Origin: Planctomycetes bacterium ADurb.Bin069
GTDB lineage: Bacteria > Planctomycetota > UBA8108 > UBA8890 > UBA8898
Assembly: GCA_002070955.1 (NCBI GenBank)
Contig: MWEK01000002.1
Coordinates: 27,956 to 91,955 of the forward strand
Length of the DNA: 64,000 bases
Direction of reading: 5' to 3'
The notes under the pieces: generated by a model
Databases searched by the model: none
What the model saw: only the letters and a program-made list of their open reading frames with translations
What the model was told of the DNA's origin: nothing
In this document: positions 16,631-25,493 of the stretch, in pieces
How the letters are laid out: every line of letters starts with the position of its first letter
Numbering within the stretch: position 1 is the stretch's first letter
Position numbers and translations under genes: made by a program

Positions 16631-17212
16631 TCATGGCGCCGCTCCTGAATTCAGGCCCGGCGCGCCGGCCTCGCCGATCCGGGCCCGCAGCTCGGCGCGG
16701 GCTCGAAACAGCCGCGACTGCACCGCCGACACGGTCAGGCCGGTGAGCCGCGCGATCTCATCGTAGCCCGCACCCGCCCAGTACCGCAGAAGCACCACTT
16801 GGCGATCGACCATGTTCAAGCCCGCGAGGGCGCGATGCACTCGCTTGTGCGCCTCGCCCCGCATCGATTCCTCGACCGGATCGCAAGCCCGCGCCGCCGC
16901 ATTCTCGGGCAGCGCCGCGAAGCTCCGGTCCCGGCGGCCCAAATCGAACACCAGGTTGCGGGTGATTTCGCTCACGTACGGTCCGAACCGTGCCGGGTCC
17001 CGCAACGACCCGAGATGCGTCATGGCGCGGACGAGCGCCTCCTGAATCAGGTCGTCGCGATCCCGCACCCACGGCGCGAGGGCCTTGACGATCGCCGCAA
17101 CCATGGGCACCGCGCCTCTCATGAGCGCAGTCAGCGCCTCGCGATCGCCACGTTGCGCCCGCGCAACCAGTGGTGCTCTCGATTCCATGGCCGCCGTGAC
17201 CGGTGCGTTCAC
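16631..17212 (-). CDS. ECF RNA polymerase sigma factor
   Basis: DRDDLIQEALVRAMTHLGSLRDPARFGPYVSEITRNLVFD (region 2). QVVLLRYWAGAGYDEIARLTGLTVSAVQSRLFRARAEL (region 4). Start is GTG 17212 or ATG 17188. Confidence 0.85.
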   Translation of the reverse strand: MNAPVTAAMESRAPLVARAQRGDREALTALMRGAVPMVAAIVKALAPWVRDRDDLIQEALVRAMTHLGSLRDPARFGPYVSEITRNLVFDLGRRDRSFAALPENAAARACDPVEESMRGEAHKRVHRALAGLNMVDRQVVLLRYWAGAGYDEIARLTGLTVSAVQSRLFRARAELRARIGEAGAPGLNSGAAP

Positions 17213-17268
17213 TTTACTGGACGCGGGACAAGGCGCTCCCTTGCATCAAATCGCCTTCGCGCCGCCCG

Positions 17269-18198
17269 TCACTCCAGACCGTGTTTCTCGATCAGTCTGA
17301 CGTAATTCCCGTAGCGAAGCTCGCTTATGTGTCCCGCTTGCACGGCATCCCGCACCGCGCACTCCGGCTCGTCGAGATGCAGGCAATCGTTGTACTTACA
17401 CCTGCCCGCAAAGGGCAGAAACTCGGGGTAGTAGCTTCCGATGTCCTCGAGCGCGACCCCCCAGACCGTGAATTCGCGGAAACCGGGCGTGTCGATGACG
17501 AAGCCGCCCTCCTTGAGGCCGACGAGAGACACCTCCGTGGTGGCGTGACGGCCGCGGGCCCGCTTGGTCACGCTCCTGGTCCTGCCCTCGAAGCCGGGGA
17601 CCAGCAGGCGGAGCAGTGAAGTCTTCCCGACCCCCGAATGGCCGAAAAGAACGCTCACGCGCTTCGAGATCCGTTCGCCGAGCTCCCGCACCCCGGCGCT
17701 GGTGAGCGCCGAAGTGAAGAATACCTCATATTCAAGTTCCCGGTAAAGCCCGAGCATTCTGACGACCTCGCCCTCGGGATCGAGGTCGATCTTGTTGAGG
17801 CAGATGACCGCATCGAGGCCTTCCGACCGGGCCGTGATCAACAGACGATCGATGAGCGCGGGCCTGATCGGCGGGGCCTGCGCCGCGCAGACAATGACGA
17901 CGGTATCCACGTTGGCGCAATACAGGTGCCGTCTCCCGCCGCTGGCCCGCGAGAGCACGTTGCGCCGCGGCTCGATCGCCTCGATTACCCCCTGAGCGAC
18001 GCCCACATCGCGGAATCGCACCCGATCGCCGACAAGGGGGATGCGGCCCTCGCCGTACAGCTTGCCGCGCAGCGTGCAGCGCACCGCTGCTCCGCCGCAG
18101 GCGACCTCGTATTCGCGCTGCAAGCGCGCGGTAACGGTGCCCTCGCGCAGCGGCGCGCCCCGCGCGGCCGTATCAAGGTCTGAAGCTCTCTCCGGCAT
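17269..18198 (-). CDS. rsgA: ribosome small-subunit-dependent GTPase A
   Basis: OB-like N-terminus, NKIDL, FGHSGVGKTSLL, DTPGFREF and zinc knuckle CKYNDCLHLDEPECAV. Start moved to ATG 18198. Confidence 0.9.
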   Translation of the reverse strand: MPERASDLDTAARGAPLREGTVTARLQREYEVACGGAAVRCTLRGKLYGEGRIPLVGDRVRFRDVGVAQGVIEAIEPRRNVLSRASGGRRHLYCANVDTVVIVCAAQAPPIRPALIDRLLITARSEGLDAVICLNKIDLDPEGEVVRMLGLYRELEYEVFFTSALTSAGVRELGERISKRVSVLFGHSGVGKTSLLRLLVPGFEGRTRSVTKRARGRHATTEVSLVGLKEGGFVIDTPGFREFTVWGVALEDIGSYYPEFLPFAGRCKYNDCLHLDEPECAVRDAVQAGHISELRYGNYVRLIEKHGLE

Positions 18199-18433
18199 GA
18201 GCACAGCGTAACACGATGCACCCGGCCCGACAACGATGTTCCCGGACCATGACCCCGGGGCCGCTTCCGGACCTTGACCGGCGCGGGCCGAAACGCCGAT
18301 GAAAGAAAGCAGGCGAGGCGAAGCACGCGGAGCGGGCGCGGTCGATCGCGGGCGACGGGCCCGTGTCGCCCGGCTGCGCGGCTTCGCGCGGCCGTCGCGC
18401 CCGGACTTCGCCGGCGCGCGCCAAGGAGCATGC

Positions 18434-20194
18434 GTGCGTAGACGGCACGAGCGCCGACACAGCCATCCTGCGCGGGCCGCGGCCTGCGCGCTCGCGTTGT
18501 TCCTGGCCCTCGAGAGCGCGGCCGACACGCTGATCCTGCGCAACGGCAACCGCTTGGACGGGCAGGTCGTCGAGGAGACGCCCCGCCTGCTGCGCCTCAA
18601 GCTTCCCTACGGCGTGCTTGAGATCCCCCGCAAGGAGGTCGCGGAGATCCTGCGCACCGACGTCGTCTCCGATCTCCTCGTCCAGGGCGCCCGGCTCCTT
18701 CACCACGAGCAGTTTCAGCAGGCGCTCGCCCAGTTCGAGCAGGCCGCGGCGCACGCGCCGCGGCGCGAGGAGGTGCGCGACGCGCTCCGGAACGCGCTTC
18801 TGACCCACGGCGAGTTCCTCAGACGCCTCAAGCGGCACGATGAGGCCCTCGCCGCTTTCGCGCGCGCGGAGGCGGCCGGCGATGACTGCCCCAGGGCGCG
18901 GGCGGCGATCAACGAGCTCAACACCCTCAAGGCATCGTTCATGCCCCTTCGCATTCGAGCGGAGGCCGCCTGCGCCGCCGGCGACCTGGACCAAGGCCTG
19001 GCGCTGTATCGAAGGCTCGCGGACCTGTTCCCGGACAGGAGCACGGAACTGGAGGACGCCATCGCCCAGGCGGAAGCGCAACTCGGCGATCGCGCCCTCG
19101 ACGCCAGGGATTTTCAAGGAGCCGCATCGCGCTACGAGGCCGCCCTGGCCAGCAAGCCCGATGTCTTCGCGTCCCTCGCCAACCGCTACACCTACGCGCA
19201 GGCCCGCGTCGCCCAGACCCTCCTCGCCGAAGGGCGGAACAGCGAGGGCGAAGCGGTGCTCCGGCGCGCTCTGGGCTTCTGCCCGCAAAGCGCCGCGCTC
19301 CACTTCCTCATGGGCCGCGCGCTCGAAGCCCTCGGCCGGCTCCGGGAGGCGGTCCCTCACTTCGCACGCGCCTGCCCGGACCCGAACACGCCCTTCGATC
19401 CGGAGCAGGCTCTGGCCGCGCACGGCGGCTGGGCGGCCGGCGAGGAGACGGGCGCGGCGGCGGCGCCGCCGCCCAAAGAGGCTTTTCACCCCGCCGAAAG
19501 CGCGCCTTTCATAGTTGTCTGCGCCGATCGATCCCTGGCCGCCCAGGTCACCGAAGCCCTCGATCTGCACTTCAGCGAGCTCGCGCCGGAGTTCGGAGTG
19601 CGCGGGTTCGCGGCGCCGTGCACCGTCACCATCCACCCGACGAAGGAGCGCTACCTGGAGGCGACCGGGGTCGAAGCGTGGGCCCCCGCCCGCACCACAT
19701 GGAAGTCGCAGATCGGCCGCCTTCTCGTCCAGGAGATCAACACGTACCGCGGCTGCCCGCAGCTTCTGTCCAGCGTCCTCAGGCACGAACTCGCGCATCT
19801 GCTCCTCGCGGCCGCCCTCGACTATCCGCGCTCGATCCCCCTCTGGGCCAACGAGGGCGCCGCCGTGATGACCGAGCCCGGCTTCAAGCACGCGTACTAC
19901 CGCCGGCATCTTCTCCGGGCCGCGCAGCAGCGCCGCCTCTTCCCCATCGACGAGTTGCTCGCCCTGCAGGCCTATCCTTCCGATGACCGCGTCGATGTCT
20001 TCTATGCGCAGAGCCATTCCCTGGTACAATACCTCGTGGCCCGTGCGAGCCTGGAGCGTTTCATCGCCTTTCTGCGGGAGTTGCGGATCGCGCCCGGCTG
20101 GGAAACTTGGAAGCGCTTCTACCGGATCGGCGGGGCGCTCCAACTGGAGCGCGAATGGGAGGAAGCGGCGCTCGCGCCGCCGGCCCGCTCGTAG
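18434..20194 (+). CDS. exported TPR protein with peptidase-MA-like HExxH domain
   Basis: Start uncertain: GTG 18434 gives a signal-like AAACALALFLALESA, while track ATG 18299 adds 45 Arg-rich residues. TPR-like helices in the middle. C-terminal RHELAHLLL...WANEGAAVM resembles Peptidase_MA_2. Confidence 0.55.
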   Translation: MRRRHERRHSHPARAAACALALFLALESAADTLILRNGNRLDGQVVEETPRLLRLKLPYGVLEIPRKEVAEILRTDVVSDLLVQGARLLHHEQFQQALAQFEQAAAHAPRREEVRDALRNALLTHGEFLRRLKRHDEALAAFARAEAAGDDCPRARAAINELNTLKASFMPLRIRAEAACAAGDLDQGLALYRRLADLFPDRSTELEDAIAQAEAQLGDRALDARDFQGAASRYEAALASKPDVFASLANRYTYAQARVAQTLLAEGRNSEGEAVLRRALGFCPQSAALHFLMGRALEALGRLREAVPHFARACPDPNTPFDPEQALAAHGGWAAGEETGAAAAPPPKEAFHPAESAPFIVVCADRSLAAQVTEALDLHFSELAPEFGVRGFAAPCTVTIHPTKERYLEATGVEAWAPARTTWKSQIGRLLVQEINTYRGCPQLLSSVLRHELAHLLLAAALDYPRSIPLWANEGAAVMTEPGFKHAYYRRHLLRAAQQRRLFPIDELLALQAYPSDDRVDVFYAQSHSLVQYLVARASLERFIAFLRELRIAPGWETWKRFYRIGGALQLEREWEEAALAPPARS

Positions 20195-20239
20195 CCCGCC
20201 GCGCGGCGGCGTCCGCACCCACGCCCTTGGTCGCGACAC

Positions 20240-21715
20240 ATGCACGCAGCTTCTTTCCTGGACACGGTCGCCCGCGCGCTCGGGGAACAAGGCCTGTGCG
20301 ACGGTGTGCGGCGGCTGCTGGTCGCCGTCTCCGGCGGCCGCGACTCGGTTGCGCTCCTGCTCGCGCTGCACGAGCTCCTGCGCGGCGCGACGGCGCTCAC
20401 CGTCGGACACGTCCACCACGGCCTGCGCGGGACGGAGGCCGACGCGGACATGGCCTTCACCGAGGAGCTCGCCGCCGCACGCGGCCTTCCCTTCGTCGCC
20501 GCCCGCGTCACGCTGCCGCGGCGGCCCGGCGCCCGCTCCTACGAAGCACCGGCCCGCGCCGCGCGTTACGAAGCCTTCGCACGCTGGGCCCGCGAGCTGG
20601 ATCTCGACGCCATCGCCACGGGCCACACCGCCGACGACCAGGTCGAGACGGTGCTGCTGCGCCTGCTGCGCGGCGCGGGCATCGCCGGACTCTGCGGCAT
20701 TCCCCCCGCGCGCCCCCTCGCCGGCGCCGCGGCGTGCCGCCTGATCAGGCCGCTGCTCGGCGTCACGCGCGCGGACACGACGGCGTTTCTAGCCGCGCGC
20801 GGGGCGCGTTTCCGCGACGATGCGTCCAATCTCGACGCGCGCATCCCGCGCAACCGCCTGCGGGCGGAGATCCTGCCCGTGCTGCGGGCGGGATTCAACG
20901 CGCGTCTCGACGCCGCCGTGCGGGGGTTGGCGGATGACGCCCGCGAGCTGACCGCGCGGGCGCGGGCTCAGGTTGCGCCCCTCCTGCCCCCCGGCGCGGG
21001 CTCGTTCGCGGCGCCGCGCGCGGCGCTCGCCGCCCTCTCTCCCGTTGCGCTGCACGAGCTCCTCGTCGCGGCCGCCGCGCGGCTCACCCGCCGGGGGGAT
21101 CGCCTCGCGCGGGCCCACGTGCGGACCGTGCGCGCCGTCATCGCGGGCACGCGCCGCAAGGCCGTGCTCCCCGGGGGCCTCGCCGTCGCCCGCGCCGGCG
21201 ACGGCGTGTTCTTCTCCTCCGGCGCGCCGGCCGGCGCGCCGCCGGAATGCGTGCTCGGCCTCGGCGCGCAGGCCGCATTCGGAGATTGGGTGCTGGCGTG
21301 TCTGCCCGCGGAGTCCGCCTCCGTCGAACCCGGCGGAAACGCCGGTCACACGGGGTTCCTCCGGGATGAAACGGTCGACGCCGACGCAGTCACGCCGCCG
21401 CTCATCGTGCGCGCGCGCCGGCCCGGCGACAGGTTCCGGCCGCTGGGCGCGCCGGGCCGCATCCGGCTCAAGGAGTTCTTCCGCGCCCAGGGCATCCCCG
21501 AGCAGATGCGCGGTTCGTGGCCCATCGTCTGCGCGGGCGAAGACGTCGTTTGGGTGCCGGGCCTGCGCATCGGCCAAAAAGCCCGACTCTCGCCCGCGAC
21601 CCGCCGCCGCCTCGCGCTGCGCATCGCCTGCGCGCCTGACGCGGTGCGGGCGCTGCTCGCGTCTCGATCGCCGGCCGGCGAGGACGCCTCTCTCGGAGGC
21701 GGAAACCTCTCGTAA
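20240..21715 (+). CDS. tilS: tRNA(Ile)-lysidine synthase
   Basis: PP-loop LLVAVSGGRDSVALLLAL, HTADDQVET, and a C-terminal substrate-binding region ending IVCAGEDVVWVPGLR. Confidence 0.85.
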   Translation: MHAASFLDTVARALGEQGLCDGVRRLLVAVSGGRDSVALLLALHELLRGATALTVGHVHHGLRGTEADADMAFTEELAAARGLPFVAARVTLPRRPGARSYEAPARAARYEAFARWARELDLDAIATGHTADDQVETVLLRLLRGAGIAGLCGIPPARPLAGAAACRLIRPLLGVTRADTTAFLAARGARFRDDASNLDARIPRNRLRAEILPVLRAGFNARLDAAVRGLADDARELTARARAQVAPLLPPGAGSFAAPRAALAALSPVALHELLVAAAARLTRRGDRLARAHVRTVRAVIAGTRRKAVLPGGLAVARAGDGVFFSSGAPAGAPPECVLGLGAQAAFGDWVLACLPAESASVEPGGNAGHTGFLRDETVDADAVTPPLIVRARRPGDRFRPLGAPGRIRLKEFFRAQGIPEQMRGSWPIVCAGEDVVWVPGLRIGQKARLSPATRRRLALRIACAPDAVRALLASRSPAGEDASLGGGNLS

Positions 21716-21740
21716 CGCCCGACATCGAGGGGGGCGGGCG

Positions 21741-23153
21741 CTATCCCTCCTCGGGCTCCTCGGCGGCGGGCTCCTCGGCGGCGGGCTCCTCGGCGGCGGG
21801 CTCCTCGGCGGCGGGCTCCTTGACGGCGGGCTCCTTGACGGCGGGCTCCTTGGTCTCGGGTTCCGCGGCCTTAGGTTCCACAGCCTTGGGCGCCGGCTCG
21901 GCGCCGCGGTACACTCTCCGCTCCTTGAGCGCGACGACCCGCGCACCCTGGCCCGAGCCCTTCTTCACCGCCATGAGCACAAGCCCTCGGGCGGCGTCAT
22001 CCCGGCCTTGCTCGGCGTCATGGCTCACGACAAAATCGGGCCGCCGGGTAAGACCGATCCGGTGGACGAGCTTGCCGTCGGCAAGGCCGAGCGCCCAGAT
22101 CTCGGGCGCGTCCTTCGCCAGCACGTAGACCAGCTCCTTGCCGGGGCAGAGGAACGCGCCCACGCCGGGAACGCCGGGCTCGTCGTACGTCCTGCCCTCC
22201 ACACCCGGCTTTGAACGCTTCCACTTGGGCTTGCCGTTCAGCGCGTTCACGGCGTACAGCACATGCTCGCCGCTCTCGAGGTCAACGGCGAGGCAGAACA
22301 CCGTATCGCTGCAGGCGTGGGGCTGATCCTTGACGATCCTGCCCGTCGCGAACTTCCAGGCCGTGCCGCCGTCGTTCGCTTCGAAAGCGTAAAGCAAACG
22401 ATCGTCGGAAGCCGCGAACACGCGCTGTTGATACACGACGGGCCGCGTGGTGATGCGCGCCCTGGTCTTCCCGATCCACGAGCGGCCGTTGACCCAGCCG
22501 CCGACCGCGTTGAGGGCATACACGTTGCCGTCCTCGGACGCCATGTACACCATGTCGCCCGCGAGCACCGGCGACGCGCTCACGCTCTTGCCGGCCGAGT
22601 AAGTCCAGCTCGGGGTCCGGTTCTCCTTGCGGTACGTGTTGATGCGCCCGCCCTCGGCGGTGACGTAGACGATCTTCTCGCCCACCGCCGGCTTGGAGCT
22701 CACCCCGAAGCCGAGCTTCTCGTTCCAGAGCTCGAGCAGCGTCTCGGCCTCGATGCAGCTCAACGAGTCGCCGTGCTGAACGACGTAGATCTCATCGTTG
22801 CCGGTCGCGCCGGAAGGATACCTGTAAACCACCGGCGGGCACTTGAGCGGCCCCTTGAGCCGCAGGCGATACTCAATGGGAAGTCCGGTCGCGGGGTCGA
22901 GACGCAGCAGGTCGTTGTCCGCCGTCCAGAGGAGAATCAGCCCTTTGTCATAGCATAGGCCCGCGATCTCCTTGTCATGCTCGTAGGTCCAGGCTTCCTT
23001 CAGCGGCGTGCCCTGCAGGTCGCCGGGGGCGACCATGAACCGGTCCGCGCGGGACGCCGGCGCCTTCCCGTCCACGACCGGCGCATCGCTCGAGCACGAC
23101 CACAGTGTCGCGAGAACCCAGGTTCCAAACGCTGCTCTGCCGAAACTCCGCAC
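21741..23153 (-). CDS. PQQ-like beta-propeller lipoprotein with repetitive acidic C-terminal tail
   Basis: Probable GTG 23153 with AAGGAG upstream, giving VRSFGRAAFGTWVLATLWSCSS (lipobox). Track ATG 23222 is the alternative. Repeated ...YA.../W propeller blades. The tail is KEPAVKEPAVKEPAAEEPAAEEPAAEEPAAEEPEEG. Confidence 0.7.
   Translation of the reverse strand: MRSFGRAAFGTWVLATLWSCSSDAPVVDGKAPASRADRFMVAPGDLQGTPLKEAWTYEHDKEIAGLCYDKGLILLWTADNDLLRLDPATGLPIEYRLRLKGPLKCPPVVYRYPSGATGNDEIYVVQHGDSLSCIEAETLLELWNEKLGFGVSSKPAVGEKIVYVTAEGGRINTYRKENRTPSWTYSAGKSVSASPVLAGDMVYMASEDGNVYALNAVGGWVNGRSWIGKTRARITTRPVVYQQRVFAASDDRLLYAFEANDGGTAWKFATGRIVKDQPHACSDTVFCLAVDLESGEHVLYAVNALNGKPKWKRSKPGVEGRTYDEPGVPGVGAFLCPGKELVYVLAKDAPEIWALGLADGKLVHRIGLTRRPDFVVSHDAEQGRDDAARGLVLMAVKKGSGQGARVVALKERRVYRGAEPAPKAVEPKAAEPETKEPAVKEPAVKEPAAEEPAAEEPAAEEPAAEEPEEG
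21756..21860 (-). repeat. 7 x 15-bp in-frame tandem repeat (coding)
   Basis: Plus strand: ctcctcggcggcggg x4 (21756-21815), ctccttgacggcggg x2 (21816-21845), ctccttggtctcggg x1. It encodes (EPAAE)n/(KEPAV)n. Confidence 0.9.
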
Positions 23154-23232
23154 GTTCCTCTCCTTTCGCCTGCGGGCGCGCGGCGCCCCGCTCGCAGCGC
23201 GGACGCGCGCGGCGGGGGCCATGCCTCATTAC

Positions 23233-23586
23233 CTATCTATCGACAGTATCGGGCGGCAAAAACACACCCAGGTCCGTCTGATGCGCCTCCTCGTAAGCGC
23301 GCATGCGGGCGATGCGCGCGAGGTCTTCCTCGATGCGGTGCATGAGACGAAACACATACGGCTTCCGTTCCAGCCGCCGGCGCAGGTCGCGCTCTATTTC
23401 GCTCCACAATCCCCCGTAAAGCACGTTCCGCAAAAGCAGGAGTTGGGTCTCCTCGCGCGTCAGGCGGGCGTAGAACTCGCGGTGCCGTGCCTGCGCGGGG
23501 CCGCCGCCGGCGCCGACCGCGGGCGCACGCGCCGCATCGGCTACTTCTTCGCGGCGGGCGGAACCTCCCTCGCTATCCATTGCCAT
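23233..23586 (-). CDS. hypothetical cytoplasmic protein (117 aa)
   Basis: ATG 23586 or 23580. It overlaps the upstream gene by about 46 nt. The helical C-terminal half (LTREETQLLLLRNVLYGGLWSEIERDLRRRLERKPYVF...) belongs to no family I recognise. Confidence 0.45.
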   Translation of the reverse strand: MAMDSEGGSARREEVADAARAPAVGAGGGPAQARHREFYARLTREETQLLLLRNVLYGGLWSEIERDLRRRLERKPYVFRLMHRIEEDLARIARMRAYEEAHQTDLGVFLPPDTVDR

Positions 23587-24278
23587 TGTCGTCCCGCGTA
23601 CTCAAAGCGGTCCTGCGACCGGCCGAACTCGTCGCCGGGAATCCGGTACTCCAAGATCAGCACGTATTCCTCGAGCACCTTCGCGCCTTCCTTCGCCTTC
23701 ACGACGATCGTGTCGGTCAAGTTGCGCACATAGATTTTCACGAATCTGGCCTCGAGGTCAAGAGCCCCGAAGGTCGCGATGCAGCGCTTGGTCTCCTTGG
23801 GCTTGATCATGATGCGCTTGCGCTCCAGGTATTTCCGGAACGCGTCGATCTGCGCGTCACCCTTCAACGCGCGCATCTCATCGAGAGCCTTCCTCTGCTC
23901 CGCGAGGGGAAAATGCTTCTCCTTGTCGATATTCCCGAAAAGATCCTCCCCCAGCGCGCGCTCCGCGGCCTCCTCGGCCTCGGGCCTGAGGTTATCGTTA
24001 TACTTGACGCCTTTGTCGGATTCCGCGCTGATGGTGAGTTCGAAGGGCCGCGGTTCGCTCCCGTGATTGGTCACGGCGTACACGAGGTACCATTCCAGGC
24101 GTCCCACGCCGTTCACGCGCTCGATGACGATCGGCTTGATGTCGAGCGGCTTGAAATCCAGAAGCCAGGTGTCGACCTTGGGATCCGGGCCTTCTTTGGG
24201 CTGCCCACCGGCATCCTCCGCGGCCCACGCGAGAAGACTCACCGCGACGCTCACGACCGCGACCCACAGGCTGCGCAT
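23541..24278 (-). CDS. hypothetical secreted protein (245 aa)
   Basis: ATG 24278 with signal peptide MRSLWVAVVSVAVSLLAWAAE. Its codon usage is less GC-extreme than its neighbours. It is the first gene after a near-consensus promoter. Confidence 0.65.
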   Translation of the reverse strand: MRSLWVAVVSVAVSLLAWAAEDAGGQPKEGPDPKVDTWLLDFKPLDIKPIVIERVNGVGRLEWYLVYAVTNHGSEPRPFELTISAESDKGVKYNDNLRPEAEEAAERALGEDLFGNIDKEKHFPLAEQRKALDEMRALKGDAQIDAFRKYLERKRIMIKPKETKRCIATFGALDLEARFVKIYVRNLTDTIVVKAKEGAKVLEEYVLILEYRIPGDEFGRSQDRFEYAGRQWQWIAREVPPAAKK

Positions 24279-24421
24279 GGCTACCCCCTTTGCGGGGTGC
24301 GCTCACGAGGCAAGCGACACCCATTCATCCTTGTGTTGTGTTGTGACTACCTTGCTTCACCAGGCGGCGCGCGCGCGGCAACCCGTCGCGTGCGCGCCGG
24401 GAGACATATGTGAATAAGTCA

Positions 24422-24449
24422 AGTATACTTGCGACGAAATGCCTGTCAA
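24422..24449 (-). promoter_or_regulatory. near-consensus sigma70 promoter firing toward 24278
   Basis: Minus strand: TTGACA (24449-24444), 16 nt spacer, TATACT (24427-24422). The -10 element sits inside the 12-bp perfect palindrome CAAGTATACTTG (24420-24431), in a locally AT-richer stretch. Confidence 0.55.
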
Positions 24450-24530
24450 GCCAGCCGCTAAGCGCGGGCGCTGCGGCGGGTTACATGCGTCCGAGCCTGA
24501 ACGGCGCCCCATCCCCCTGTCCGGCGCCGG

Positions 24531-25493
24531 CTATCCCGCCCCCGACTCCAGCGCGCGGACTCCGCGCCCGGATCGGCACGGGAAACACGTCAGGCCGAGC
24601 AGCGCCGCTCCGGCGGCCCACGCACACAAGGCGGCCGCGCCCCGCGCGACGAAGCTCCAGGGCAAGACGGTGATATCGCCGTAGAAGAAGTCCCCTCCCC
24701 AGACGAGCTGGAAGTTCGGCACGAGCAGGCCGAGCGGGAGGGGGATCGCGTCCAGCACGGCGCCGAAGCTCTCCTTGACCTGGCCGAGCACGATGACAGC
24801 CCCGCCCGCGAGGATGCCGCAGGGGCGGCCGAGCAGCATGCTCCCGGACCAGACGGCGCTCAGGACCGCGAGCCCGGCGCAAAGGGTCAGAACCTCGGCC
24901 TGCAGAAGCAGGACATCGGCATCGCTCAACGCCGCGCGCAGGCCGCCGCCCGGCGCCCGCGCGAAAGCGACGCACGCCGCGGCGGCGCTCAGCACGCAAA
25001 GCGCCCCCAGCGCACCCGAGGAAAACGAACGCCCCCCGCGGAAACTGCGCCACGCCCCGGCGCCCAAGGCCAGCAACCCCGCGGCGGCGGCGTACACCCA
25101 GCTCTCGCCATCGAAGGCGAGGCCGGGCGCGTCCCTGAGCAGGACGGCGCCCATGCACGCGATCGCGGCGGCGGCGACCGCCCCGGCCAGGGCGGCGCCG
25201 GCCAAACCGCCCAGGAAGTACGCGGCCGGCCCGATCGGGCGCGTCATGACGAGAGCGCGCAAGGCGTCGCTCTCGCGCTGCGTTCCCGCCACCATGGCGG
25301 CGAGAATGCCGCCGAGGAAAATCGTCGAGAGCCCGATGTCCCGCACCAAGCCCTGTTGCTCGCGAAAGCCGAAAGCCGTCCCGAGCGGCGCCAAGGCCAG
25401 CAGGCACAGCGCCGCCAGAACCGCTACCAGGAGGGCGGGCTCCCGCAGCGCGCCTGCGAAACTCCGCCATGCGACCGCGCCGAAGGAGCGCAT
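24531..25493 (-). CDS. ABC-2 (NosY/COG1277-like) permease, operon gene 8
   Basis: ATG 25493 shares one base with the upstream stop (TGATG). Polytopic, with motif QRESDALRALVMTRPIGPAAYFLGGLAG as in ABC-2 permeases. Confidence 0.65.
   Translation of the reverse strand: MRSFGAVAWRSFAGALREPALLVAVLAALCLLALAPLGTAFGFREQQGLVRDIGLSTIFLGGILAAMVAGTQRESDALRALVMTRPIGPAAYFLGGLAGAALAGAVAAAAIACMGAVLLRDAPGLAFDGESWVYAAAAGLLALGAGAWRSFRGGRSFSSGALGALCVLSAAAACVAFARAPGGGLRAALSDADVLLLQAEVLTLCAGLAVLSAVWSGSMLLGRPCGILAGGAVIVLGQVKESFGAVLDAIPLPLGLLVPNFQLVWGGDFFYGDITVLPWSFVARGAAALCAWAAGAALLGLTCFPCRSGRGVRALESGAG

Noticed and set aside
21756-21860. Possible CRISPR array or other non-coding repeat arrays.
   Set aside because: The only regular tandem repeat I found is 15 bp, has no spacers and is in frame within a CDS. 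I saw no repeat-spacer architecture and no cas genes anywhere in the window.
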